A DNA stretch of 64,000 nucleotides from Ktedonobacteraceae bacterium. Its GTDB lineage: Bacteria > Chloroflexota > Ktedonobacteria > Ktedonobacterales > Ktedonobacteraceae. This document shows, piece by piece, positions 1 to 10,000 of this stretch. Position 1 is the stretch's first letter. Every line of letters starts with the position of its first letter. The position numbers and the translations under genes are program-made. The notes beneath the pieces were generated by a model that saw nothing but the letters and a program-made list of their open reading frames with translations, did no database searches and was not told the origin of the DNA. The stretch lies in the NCBI GenBank assembly GCA_036384215.1, contig DASVMX010000143.1, forward strand, positions 21 through 64,020, read 5' to 3'.

Positions 1-1590
1 TGGCACGCGTCCCTGTCCACGAATGTAGTTAAAGTAAGCAAAGATCATGCCAATAGTCGCGACAGTGCCTCCAAAGCCTGTCGCCAGGGGCTTTGAGACC
101 AGGCTAATCAGCCAGGCCAGTATGACCAGCAGTGTGGTCCCGATACCTAACCAGTAATCAAATCGCTGCCAGAGACCACGCAGGTGTCGCCCAGGAGAGA
201 CAGCGCTTGTCCGGGTGATCTGGCCCTGCTCTTCCTCTACTGGCAGCAAAACCCTGCCATTTTCCTGCGGAACATAATGTTCTAAGAGAATAGATGGATC
301 TTGCGGAGCATAGTTCTGCAACAGAAGATTATTCGCCAACCCATCCTGCGAAACTTGAGGAAGGGAACTCTTGCCATGCTGCTGCTGTGTGCCGCTCTGA
401 GTAGAACCCCTGGATGCTCGCTCCAGACGATGGTCACGCGCGCGCAGAATATCCAGGCCCAGGCAGGTGACACTAAATGCTCCCAGGAGCCCGAAGGCGT
501 ACATATCACCCAGGACATCAATTGCGCCATTCACGAAAATCAACACTGCAATGGGAATGCCTGTCGCCAGAAGGATAGACCAGTGAGGCGTATTGCGGAA
601 TTTGTTGCGTTTGAGAATAAATCTGGGCAAAAATTCCATGCGGGAGAGGGCCATAAAGACGTGATAGGCTCCAATTACTGCCGTATTACTCGCGAAAGCA
701 AGAATCAGGCTGGCACTGATGGCTACCTCTGTTTGGAGTATGGTGTTGCCCCAGTGCCCCCCCAACAACGAGATAAGCTGGGTTGAAATGACGGGATCGG
801 CTGCCTCCTTTTGCTGTAACAGCGTAGAGAGGATGGTGAGCAGCGGGCTGGTGGCGCCAATGGTAATGACCACCAGGAGCAACGCCAGGCTGATGACCTT
901 CTTGCGTGGCGATTTCATTACAGGTGAAAGCTGGGAAATGCTCTCCAATCCCGAAAACGCCAGGAATGCGCTGGCGAAGCCGACGAGCAGCGATACAGGC
1001 GTGAGCGAGGCATGGGCGAACATGCTGCCGAAGAGCGCCGGAAAAGAAGCCAGCGGGATGTGGGTAAACACGGTCCAGATGATGGCCAGATCGCTGCCAA
1101 ACGCGATGAGCGCGCCAATCAGGCTGACCTTCGCGCTTTCGCTAATCCCAATCCAGTTCAGAAACCCGAGGAAGACCAGCACCCCTATCGTTATTTCCAG
1201 AATAAAGGGGCCTATCGCAGGGAACACCACACTGAGATACTGAATAGCGGACAAACAACTGATGGCTGCTGTGAGAAAGTAGCTTACCAGAATAAACATG
1301 CCACCAAGCGCGCCCACCCAGGGATTCATGGCCTGGGCTGCAACGGTGACCACACCGCCGCCTTCAGGGAATCGCGCACTGACCTCGGCATATTTGAGGG
1401 CGAGCAGCACAAAAACGGACATGGTCAGCAGAACAAAAAAGCCGGCCAGGTTGCCAACTTTGCCATAGAGAATACCCGGAACATAGTAAATGGATGACCC
1501 AATGTCGGCAAAAACGACGGCCCAGCATAAGAGTGGGCCAAGTTGTCCGCCGTGGTGCGCGCTTTTTTTCGCTTGATGTGATGCTTCCAT
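1..1590 (-). CDS. APC-superfamily amino acid permease (C-terminal end runs off the window)
   Basis: This gene is absent from the ORF track because no stop codon lies in the window. The reverse frame from ATG 1590 is open for all 530 codons down to nt 1. My translation starts MEASHQAKKSAHHGGQLGPLLCWAVVFADIGSSIYYVPG. It shows about a dozen hydrophobic helices with permease-like segments (FPEGGGVVTV, AFSGLESISQ). Confidence 0.8.
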   Translation of the reverse strand, partial: MEASHQAKKSAHHGGQLGPLLCWAVVFADIGSSIYYVPGILYGKVGNLAGFFVLLTMSVFVLLALKYAEVSARFPEGGGVVTVAAQAMNPWVGALGGMFILVSYFLTAAISCLSAIQYLSVVFPAIGPFILEITIGVLVFLGFLNWIGISESAKVSLIGALIAFGSDLAIIWTVFTHIPLASFPALFGSMFAHASLTPVSLLVGFASAFLAFSGLESISQLSPVMKSPRKKVISLALLLVVITIGATSPLLTILSTLLQQKEAADPVISTQLISLLGGHWGNTILQTEVAISASLILAFASNTAVIGAYHVFMALSRMEFLPRFILKRNKFRNTPHWSILLATGIPIAVLIFVNGAIDVLGDMYAFGLLGAFSVTCLGLDILRARDHRLERASRGSTQSGTQQQHGKSSLPQVSQDGLANNLLLQNYAPQDPSILLEHYVPQENGRVLLPVEEEQGQITRTSAVSPGRHLRGLWQRFDYWLGIGTTLLVILAWLISLVSKPLATGFGGTVATIGMIFAYFNYIRGQGRVP

Positions 1591-1599
1591 ACGTGTTTT

Positions 1600-2166
1600 T
1601 CAACTATCTTTCAGCACGGTCGAATCGTGCAACTGGTGGTCGGTCTGACAAGAAAGGGTTTGCCGCCGCAGAACGTGGTGAGGCGAGGCAGCGTGAGGGG
1701 TCTTTCGGCCCAACCACTGAGGCAGCCATGGGAGGGCAGAGAAAACGGTGGGCCGCCCAGGCAATGACACCACATAGAGGGGAATGCCACGCTCTTCCAG
1801 GAGTTGTTTGACTTCGTGGGTGGCGAGCAAAACGCCTGCACCTCCACGCACGGTAAGCACGATCCCGGCACACTCCATCTCTTGCGCGAAGGTGCGGATA
1901 CTCCTGGAAGCCAGTTGGGTATACAGTTCTACCTGCTCCACAGGCACCCCCAGGCGGGTTGCTCGATGAGAGGCAAATGTGAGAAAGTCCCGTGATTGCT
2001 GGATGGCTTCCCATCTGGGACTTTTGCCGGGCTTCTGCGGCTGAGAAATGAGTGAAAGCAACATCAATGTTGCGTTCAGGCGCTGCGCCAAAGCCAGTGC
2101 GGAGGTAATTGCGACTGAATCGATTCCATGCGTGAATGGCAACAACACGCGTACCATGAGCACCAT
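1600..2166 (-). CDS. Universal stress protein (UspA)-like protein
   Basis: The 188-aa ORF has a USP-like alpha/beta pattern (RVLLPFTHGIDSVAITSALALAQRLNATLMLLSLI, GIVLTVRGGAG, IPLYVV). It ends 10 nt before the permease start. The overlapping 204-aa frame (1604-2218) is Arg/Pro-rich and looks like a shadow ORF. Confidence 0.55.
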   Translation of the reverse strand: MVLMVRVLLPFTHGIDSVAITSALALAQRLNATLMLLSLISQPQKPGKSPRWEAIQQSRDFLTFASHRATRLGVPVEQVELYTQLASRSIRTFAQEMECAGIVLTVRGGAGVLLATHEVKQLLEERGIPLYVVSLPGRPTVFSALPWLPQWLGRKTPHAASPHHVLRRQTLSCQTDHQLHDSTVLKDS

Positions 2167-2418
2167 CGCTTCCCAATGTTTGCTTTTCCTCGCAAGAGTC
2201 AGATTTTTTCTCTAGCATGATCGCTTCCCAGTGTGCTACACTAGGATCTCATAAAGACAAGCGTCAGGACCGTTTGTCCAGAGAAGCGGGCAAAGCTCGC
2301 TCTTTTATCCTGATGAGATCAGTATAGGATTTTTCTGTTTCTTTTTGCGTCACTCAAAAGGGTGAATAGCGTTCGCTCTTTGGTGTGAGAGCCATCTTGT
2401 CCGAAAGGAGGAGGTGAA

Positions 2419-3093
2419 ATGGCGATACGGATTGTACTGGTGGATGATCATAGTGTGGTGCGAGAAGGGTTACGAATGTTCCTGGGACGCGATCCCGAAC
2501 TGGTGGTGGTGGGTGAAGCCAATGATGGAGCGGAAGCGCTGGATGTGGTACGTCAACTGCGTCCCGATGTCGTGCTCATGGACCTGTTAATGCCTGTACT
2601 GGATGGGATTACAGCGACCACCCTGATTCGCCAGCAATACCCGGAAACGGAGGTGATAGCGATGACCAGCGTGTTGGAAAGCGCAACAGTGGTCAACGCG
2701 ATCAAAGCGGGAGCGATTGGCTATTTGCTCAAGGATACGCAGGCGGGGGAACTGCAACGCATGATCAAGGCAGCAGCAGCGGGACAGGTGCAGCTTTCAC
2801 CCCAGGCGTCGGCGTATTTGATGCGGGCGATGCGCATGGACGAGGCCCATGGAGAGCAAAAGAAAGAGGCGCTGACCGCGCGAGAGACCGATGTGCTTCG
2901 TTTACTGGCGCAAGGGCACCCGAACAAAGAAATCGCGCGGCAGTTGCAACTGGTCGAAGATACCATCAAAACGCATGTCCGGCATATTCTGGCCAAACTG
3001 GGCGTGCAGAGCCGCACGCAGGCTGTCCTCTGTGCACTCGACCTGGGTCTGGTTTCTGCTGAATCAGCAAAGAAAACTACCATCGACTCATAG
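2419..3093 (+). CDS. Two-component response regulator, NarL/LuxR family (REC + LuxR HTH)
   Basis: The REC domain shows IRIVLVDDH and DVVLMDLLMP. The C-terminal LuxR HTH shows LTARETDVLRLLAQGHPNKEIARQLQLVEDTIKTHVRHILAKLGV. A strong SD (AGGAGGAGG) lies upstream. Confidence 0.9.
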   Translation: MAIRIVLVDDHSVVREGLRMFLGRDPELVVVGEANDGAEALDVVRQLRPDVVLMDLLMPVLDGITATTLIRQQYPETEVIAMTSVLESATVVNAIKAGAIGYLLKDTQAGELQRMIKAAAAGQVQLSPQASAYLMRAMRMDEAHGEQKKEALTARETDVLRLLAQGHPNKEIARQLQLVEDTIKTHVRHILAKLGVQSRTQAVLCALDLGLVSAESAKKTTIDS

Positions 3094-3174
3094 TTCTCAG
3101 CCAACTGCACAGCGCTGGCTCATCTTCTAACAAAGGATTGGCTGTTTTAAAAGAAAGCATGAGAGGAGCAATCG

Positions 3175-4314
3175 ATGAAGTGTCTCCCTCGCCTGCGCTT
3201 TCCTCTGCTCACATGGCTTGCAACAGTCCGCTGGAAACGCCTGGGCCAGGATAGCGTGTTCGCGCTGAGCGGTGTCGCTCTTGTTACCGGGACCATTGCT
3301 GGGATTCACCTGTTTCCGCGTATCCAGACAATTTCCCTGGTGTATCTGATAGTAATCCTGGCACTGGCAAGCACGCGAGGACTCTATGCGGCTATTCTGG
3401 CTTCATTGCTCGCCTCACTCTCAGTGGATTTTTTCTTTGTTCCCCCATCCTACACGCTGGCGGTCTTCCAGGTGGAAGATTTGCTGACCTTATTCGTCTT
3501 TCTGATAGCAGCTATTCTGACCAGCCAGCTTGCCTCAGCGCTGCGCCGACGTGTAGAACAAGCGAATGTACGTGAACGAGAGCTTCGCCTGCTCTACGAA
3601 CAGGCCAGCGTGCGCGAACGAGAATTGCGTTTGCTCTATGAACAGGCACAAGAACTGGCTGCGTTGCAAGAGCGACAACACCTGGCTCGCGAACTGCATG
3701 ATTCGGTATCACAAGTGCTCTACAGCATGAGCCTGGGTGCACATACGGTTCTGGATGCGTTAGAGAGCAAAGAGCTTGAACAGGCGCGCATTTCGGCACA
3801 CTATGTGATTTCGTTGGTTGAGGCAGGGCTGACAGAGATGCGAGCCCTGATCTTTGAACTTCGTCCCGAATCGCTTGAAACAGAAGGCCTGGTCGCTGCT
3901 TTCAACCGGCAAGTCGCAGTCCTACGCACGCGTCATAAACTTGCTGTGCAGTTTGACCTGGAAAAGGAACCCGATCTGCCACTAGAGAAAAAAGAAGCGC
4001 TCTACCGCATCGCGCAAGAAGCCTTACATAATATTGTCAAGCATGCCCGTGCCAGCACTGTGGTCCTTCAATTGATTGCTCAGCAAGATGAGATCGTTCT
4101 CGAAATACGCGATAACGGCAGAGGATTTGATCCTACAGAACTTTTCCTCGGGCATCTCGGTTTGCACTCTATGCGGGAACGCGCGACAAAGGTCGGTGGA
4201 ACGCTCATCATCAAGAGCACACCGGGAAAAGAGACGATGATCCGTGCATGCATCCCTTTGGCTGTGGAAGACGAAGAATCTGCATTTTCTTCTCAAGACG
4301 CTTCAACCTGCTAG
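3175..4314 (+). CDS. Sensor histidine kinase, HisKA_3 (NarX/DesK) type with DUF4118-like membrane domain
   Basis: The N-terminal membrane segment resembles DUF4118 (LALASTRGLYAAILASLLASLSVDFFFVPP). The H-box is LARELHDSVSQVLYSM. The HATPase region shows NIVKHARAS and IRDNGRGFD. The gene lies directly downstream of the response regulator. Confidence 0.9.
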   Translation: MKCLPRLRFPLLTWLATVRWKRLGQDSVFALSGVALVTGTIAGIHLFPRIQTISLVYLIVILALASTRGLYAAILASLLASLSVDFFFVPPSYTLAVFQVEDLLTLFVFLIAAILTSQLASALRRRVEQANVRERELRLLYEQASVRERELRLLYEQAQELAALQERQHLARELHDSVSQVLYSMSLGAHTVLDALESKELEQARISAHYVISLVEAGLTEMRALIFELRPESLETEGLVAAFNRQVAVLRTRHKLAVQFDLEKEPDLPLEKKEALYRIAQEALHNIVKHARASTVVLQLIAQQDEIVLEIRDNGRGFDPTELFLGHLGLHSMRERATKVGGTLIIKSTPGKETMIRACIPLAVEDEESAFSSQDASTC

Positions 4315-4526
4315 TCAGTAGTGACACTGGCGAGCGCCAATTCAGTATCATCCTGAAGACGGCGTAAGCCTGGAGAAGGGCCAGAGTCCTCGGTGCGAAA
4401 TGAAAAGCCCATCGATTTATACTAAAATGGGCCTTCAAGCGGCTTCTAGAGCCATTTCGCACCGCATAATAGTTCTAGTCTGGAAGGTACTCTGGCTTCT
4501 ACTCTATTGTTTGCCAGGCAAGAGCG

Positions 4527-6398
4527 CTACTGAATCAGTCGCCGGATCTTGCCGCATGCCATGTACGAGCCCCCATTCGCGGTCTCGATCACCTGGTCTA
4601 CCACGTACAGGACACCCTCTTCACGAATGTCGCGTGGGAACCGCATATTATAGTTCGGGTCGTAGCCATCGGAGACGACGCGTGCGCGCAGTTTACTGCC
4701 CTCGCGGATACACTGGACAAGCACACCGTCATCTGCGTTGATCGTCGTCTCGAGGTCCGCCGCGGTGCGGGCGGACACTTTCGAGGCTTGCGGTGGGCCA
4801 TTGCGTCCGGCTGATGGAGCCCCAAACCTGCTGGTGCCTTTGTAGCGGTGCTCCTGTCCAGGCAAGGCGAGACGGCGGATGTTGCCGACGGCGCGGTAGA
4901 AGGTTCCGTTGGCCGACAGTTGCAGTACATCTACGACATAATGAACACCCTCTTCACGAATATTGCGTGGAAACTGGACGTTCACGTTCTGGTCGTAGCC
5001 TTCGGAAGCGACACGCATACGCAGCTTGCCACCCTCGCGGGAGCACGCCAGTTCCACCCCTCCATTGACGGCGGCTGTCGTATCCAGATCAGCCGCCGAA
5101 CCGCCGGCTGTGCCGCGCAGCGACAAGTCGGCGCGACTCCGCATCTGTGCCTGATACGACTGATCGCGCATCTCCTTGCGGCTGGTGCTGTCAAACCGGT
5201 GATGTTCAAGCCGCTCGGCGAAGTGCTCCAGTTGTGCGATCTCTTCGGCTATCTCGAATTGCTCATCCAGACCTTGTTGACGCAGGTCGGCGCTGATCTG
5301 GCGCAACGTCTGGGCCGCCCTGGTAACGTCACCGCTGTCAGCCAGTTCAATTGCCGTATCTTTCGCCTTCGCAATTCGGATTCGGCTGATTTGCAAGACG
5401 ACATCGGTGGCAGGTGCAGCCGCAATCGCCTCCTCGATGGTGACAACGGGCACGGATACTATGAGCGGCGCGGTGCCCGAAAAGGATTGGATGGCGCCGT
5501 CGGCGACCGCCTCGTACCGATAGGAGATAGCCAGCAGAGGGATGCCGGGGCTTGTATCCGTCTGGGCGGGGATCGTGAGTTCAAGGGCCAGGAGTTTATC
5601 TTCGTTCTCGTAGAGGTCGCCCATGCTCAGCGTCATGGCACTCTGCTGCGTCTCTGTGCGGTAATTGCTATACAGGTTACGGATCTGGACGCCACTGTCT
5701 GACACCGGCGCGATCGTCAGCGCAAGGTTTTGTGCCACAACCGATGCCAGGCTCTCGACCTCAATCCGAAAGACCTCCTCAGCATCATCAGGCGTCTGGA
5801 TGAAGTAGAAGTTTCCGCCCGCGGCCTGCGCCATACCAATCAAGAGATCTTCGTTGAAGTTTGCTCCGAAGCCGAGTGTGGTCGTGACCACGCCATCGTC
5901 AGCCTTGTGGCGCGCAGTGGCGATCAGCACCTTTGGATCGACGACTCCTACGTTGGCCTGGCCATCGGTCAGCAGCAACACTCGATGGATCATGTCGGCG
6001 CCGCGCCGGGCGAGGACGTGCTCGCACCCTTTGAGCCACCCTCCGCTCAGATTGGTCGTCCCTCCCGCCCGAACCCTGCGAATTATTTCGCGAATCGCCT
6101 GTTTGTCGAAAACATTGCCTGGCGGCAAGATGGTTTCGACCGTATCGTCGTAGACAACCAGCGACAACAGATCGTCTGGTCCGAGTTGCTCGACCAGTGT
6201 CTCCGCCGCGTTGAGCGCCTGCTTGAGCGAGCGCCCCGCCATCGAGCCAGAGCGATCGATCACCAGACTGAGATTGAACGGCCGGCGCGTGGCGCGTGGT
6301 TCAGTGGATGGTTGGGGGCGGAGAGTGATGAGGAGATCGACAGTAGTAGGATGTTCGACCGGGAGAGCGGATGGGCTGAGTGCGAAGTGGGTCTGCAT
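4527..6398 (-). CDS. von Willebrand factor A (vWA) domain protein with two C-terminal repeat modules
   Basis: The MIDAS motif is LVIDRSGSMAG, with TNLSGG and LLTDGQAN also present. The C-terminus carries two tandem modules of about 65 aa (about 4870-5068 and 4530-4735). Confidence 0.85.
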   Translation of the reverse strand: MQTHFALSPSALPVEHPTTVDLLITLRPQPSTEPRATRRPFNLSLVIDRSGSMAGRSLKQALNAAETLVEQLGPDDLLSLVVYDDTVETILPPGNVFDKQAIREIIRRVRAGGTTNLSGGWLKGCEHVLARRGADMIHRVLLLTDGQANVGVVDPKVLIATARHKADDGVVTTTLGFGANFNEDLLIGMAQAAGGNFYFIQTPDDAEEVFRIEVESLASVVAQNLALTIAPVSDSGVQIRNLYSNYRTETQQSAMTLSMGDLYENEDKLLALELTIPAQTDTSPGIPLLAISYRYEAVADGAIQSFSGTAPLIVSVPVVTIEEAIAAAPATDVVLQISRIRIAKAKDTAIELADSGDVTRAAQTLRQISADLRQQGLDEQFEIAEEIAQLEHFAERLEHHRFDSTSRKEMRDQSYQAQMRSRADLSLRGTAGGSAADLDTTAAVNGGVELACSREGGKLRMRVASEGYDQNVNVQFPRNIREEGVHYVVDVLQLSANGTFYRAVGNIRRLALPGQEHRYKGTSRFGAPSAGRNGPPQASKVSARTAADLETTINADDGVLVQCIREGSKLRARVVSDGYDPNYNMRFPRDIREEGVLYVVDQVIETANGGSYMACGKIRRLIQ

Positions 6399-6609
6399 AA
6401 TAGCTTCCTTCCTGTAAATGTTGTAATTGTTAGACTTCGATCAGTTCTTTGGCGGTGTAACTCCGTTTCATCCGGCGTTAAATTGTTCGATCAATAGTGG
6501 TCATTGTCATACTTCCTTGCCACATTATCTGTATATTTTTATCTCTCAATGTTGTATACTGCCGCTAAGATAGCTTAGCAGCCCCAAACAGCGCAAGAAC
6601 CCAGGACTT

Positions 6610-6768
6610 TCATCTACTAAATTCGTCAAGAATCATCGTCTTTTCATCTGTTAACGCCAGTAGGATAGACGCTGCACTATGCCGCAAGTCATGAATACGC
6701 ATATGCGGCAAACTCAGACCACGAAGTATTTTACCAAAAGCCCGCAGCAGGTAACTCGGATTAAAGCA
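6610..6768 (-). pseudogene. Tyrosine recombinase / phage-integrase fragment (C-terminal box II region only)
   Basis: Reverse-strand translation gives PSYLLRAFGKILRGLSLPHMRIHDLRHSAASILLAL followed by unrelated residues and a stop. HDLRHSAAS is the integrase box II signature. The fragment has no start codon, has a stop immediately upstream, and lies inside an AT-rich gap. Confidence 0.55.
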
Positions 6769-6847
6769 CTAGACTGAAGTAGAGGAAAATTGTGCTGCTG
6801 GCTATAAGCCTTCTTCAGATAACTCAACCGTCATGGCCTATGTAAAA

Positions 6848-6877
6848 TTGACAAAACACACAAAACATGTGTAAAAT
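6848..6877 (+). promoter_or_regulatory. Candidate sigma-70 promoter upstream of the regulator gene
   Basis: TTGACA (6848-6853), an 18-nt spacer, then TAAAAT (6872-6877). It lies about 155 nt upstream of the preferred start at 7033. Confidence 0.35.
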
Positions 6878-7032
6878 CTGAGGTGTGTTGCGAAAAATGG
6901 CCTCGTGTCCCGCCCTTTGCGCAAGGATAGAGGCTCTTTTTGAATAGTACGCGACACGGGTGCTCAAACAACGTCCCGTTGCTCCCTTTTCCGCTTCCAC
7001 CGGCGGCTGTATCTCTGCAAAGAGGTTATCTG

Positions 7033-10000
7033 ATGGCAGATTTGTTGACATTGAGTAAAATCACCGCGCCATTGTTACCTCCAACCACCCTTTACCGGGC
7101 TTCCCTGATCCAGAAACTTAACAAGGTCGCCGACAAGCCACCCGGGGAGGCGTTTTCTTATAAGCTGATCCTCCTCTGCGCGCCTGCCGGCTATGGGAAA
7201 ACGCTCTTGCTGGCAGACTTCGCCCGCCACACCAGTATCCCCTGTTGCTGGTACTTTCTGGATCAGAATGATGGCGACCGTGCCTGCTTTCTCACGACTC
7301 TGCTGGCCAGCATCCGCCAGCGTTTTCCCACATTCGGGCCGGTGCTCGATGGCTTGCTGGCCAGTACGGTCCCGACGATGACCAGTTTGACCCGGCAGCC
7401 CTATTCTTTTGAGGAGATGATGGATGCCTTGCTGGCAACGATGAAAGCAGAGATCACAGAGCGGTTCGCGCTTTTTTTCTGTAATTATCATGAGATCAGC
7501 CAGAATAAGAGCATCAATGCCCTGATAAATCATTTTCTGGCCCATCTGCCGACGCAATGTATTGTCGTGATTGAGAGCCGCACGATTCCTCCGCTGGAGT
7601 TCGCTCCATTGATTACTCAGCGCAAGATCCTGAGCCTCGGCAGGGCTATTCTGCGCTTCACTCCCCAGGAAATTCGGGATCTCGCGCTCCTGCAAGGCAA
7701 TGCTCCTCTGAGCGAGGCGGAAGCCGGCCACATCGCAGACTCCTTCGATGGATGGATCGCGGGCATCTTGCTGAGCACTCGCCTGGGAGAGATCCAGTTC
7801 CTGGACCCCGCGGCCTCCACTGACTCTGACTCTCCCCTGTCCCTGATCCAGGGGAGTCGCAAGGAACTGCTCGCCTATTTTCTCACCGAGGTATTCGGGC
7901 GCGATCTCGCCACGTATGCGTTTTTGAAAGATGCGAGCATCCTTCAATATATGCTTCCATCGATCTGCAACCGCCTGCTCCAGATCGATGACGCTGGCGA
8001 ACGGCTCCGTTACCTGGCGCAACAAGGGCTGTTTGTGGTGCGCAGTGGAGAAGAACCCGAGGTCTTCTATACCTGCCATCCCTTTGTGCGCGAGCTCCTG
8101 TCCGACGAGTTGCGCCGCCAGGAGCCGGAGCACTTCGCCCGGCTTCACCGGCGAGCCGCGGAACTCTTTCACGCGGCGGGCGATCATAACCAGGCGCTGT
8201 ACCATGCCTTTCAAACCGATCGCTGGCATATCGCCGAGTCGATTATCATCGAGGTGAAAGATACGATGCTGGCGCGGGGCCAGGTCGAAACCCTCGCGCG
8301 CTGGCTCGACGATCTCCTGGTCAGGGCTTCTTCCCTTCATTCCGTCCTGCTCCTGGTGCGCGCCAGAATCCACCTGATCTTCGGAGAGGATGGCCAGGCA
8401 TTATCGCTGCTGGAGACTGCCGCCAGAGCCATCGATGGCCGACAGCCTCTACCTGGCGTGGACAATGTCTCCATTTTGCAGGCAGAGGTGGCGCTGCTGC
8501 GCAGCAAAGTGCTCTTTCAGAAGCGGGAGTATGCTCAGGCGCAGGCGCTGTGTCGCAATGTCCTGAACACCGTTTCCGTTGAAGAGATTGACCTGCGCGC
8601 CGATGCCTATGCGTGCCTGGCCATTGGCGAAAATCTGATCGGAGATTTTCATACAGGCATCGCCTATTTGCAAAAAGCTCTACATCTCTGGGGGCGGGAT
8701 GCCCAAACCAGGCAGACAGCCGATCTGCATAGCGCGCTGGCCAGCACCTATGGCCTGATTGGCAATTTTGCCCTGGCCGAACATCATCTGGCACGCGCTT
8801 TTACCTGCTGGAAATATTTGCACAACGACTGGGGTAAGATCGATAATCTCATCCGTGCAGGCCTGATCAAGCACTACCAGGGAGATCTCGGCGAGGCGGA
8901 GGTCTGCTTTACGCGAGCATTGGCACTGAGCCGGGGGCCGATTCACTTTCGCCGCGAGGAGGCCTACACGCTGGTAAGCCTGGGAGAACTGCACCAGAAT
9001 CAGGGGCTCTCGAACCATGCTCTGGCCTGCCTCGACGACGGCCTGGCCCTGGCTCTACAGATGGAAGATGGATATCTGACCAACTACGCCTACCGGACAC
9101 TGGCCCTGACACACCTGTTGATAGGCGATGCCAGCACAGCCCTGCTGCTGGTCTCGAAAATTGACCTGCACAGCGAACAGACAACCTCGATCAGCTACGA
9201 ACGAACCCTGCGCGAACTGGTCTATGGAACCATCCTCCTGCATCAAAAATACGCTGCCGAAGCATGTACTTGCCTGATCGCCCTTGAAAAACCCCTCAGC
9301 CAGATGGGTCTCAAGCGCGAGCAGGTTCAGTTGACGCTCCGCCTTGCGGCCTGTCAGCTCGCGCTGGGCAACCGGGTGGAAGTCATCAAACGCCTCGAGG
9401 CGCTGGCAACGACAGCCTGGCGGGACAATCTGGAATATTTCATTACTACCGAGTTGCACTCACTTCCCGATCTCGAATATTTTGTGAAGACGCAGCAGGC
9501 GATGGTGCAGATACGCACATATCTGCGCCAGGCAAGCGATATACCCGATGAGCCATTTTTCCCCGAAATACCCCGAGGGAGAACGCCAGGGCCAACTGTC
9601 GTTACCGTCAGTTCCCGGCGACCTGTCCTGGCGATCCAGGGGCTGGGAGAGCCGGCAATCACCCTGGACGGCGTCCCGGTCACGAACTGGCATCTCGCAC
9701 GCGCCATGGAACTGGCCTTCTTTCTACTGGAAAAAAATCATCCGGTGCACAAAGATCAGATCCTGGAGGCACTCTGGCCAGAAATGTTGGGCCAGGTGGA
9801 GCAGACGCTGCGGACCAACGTCTATTATGCCCGCAAAGCCCTGGGCAGCAAGGCCATTCTCTACCAGAGCGGCGCCTATGAGCTCAAGCTCGCCCCGCTC
9901 TATAAGGTGGTCTACGATGTAGCAAGCTTTCAGGAGCACGCACGGCAGGCCTGCGAGGCGCTAGAAGTCGGAAAAAACGAACTGGGCAGAGATCACTTTC

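Noticed and set aside
1604-2218. The 204-aa alternative frame overlapping the USP-like gene.
   Set aside because: Its composition is Arg/Pro/Ala/Gly-rich with no domain-like pattern. The 1600-2166 frame gives a USP-like alpha/beta pattern and ends right at the permease start.
7075-8373. The 432-aa minus-strand ORF inside the regulator gene.
   Set aside because: It is antisense to the MalT-like ATPase region, which carries an intact Walker A. It has no motifs and its composition is typical of shadow frames.
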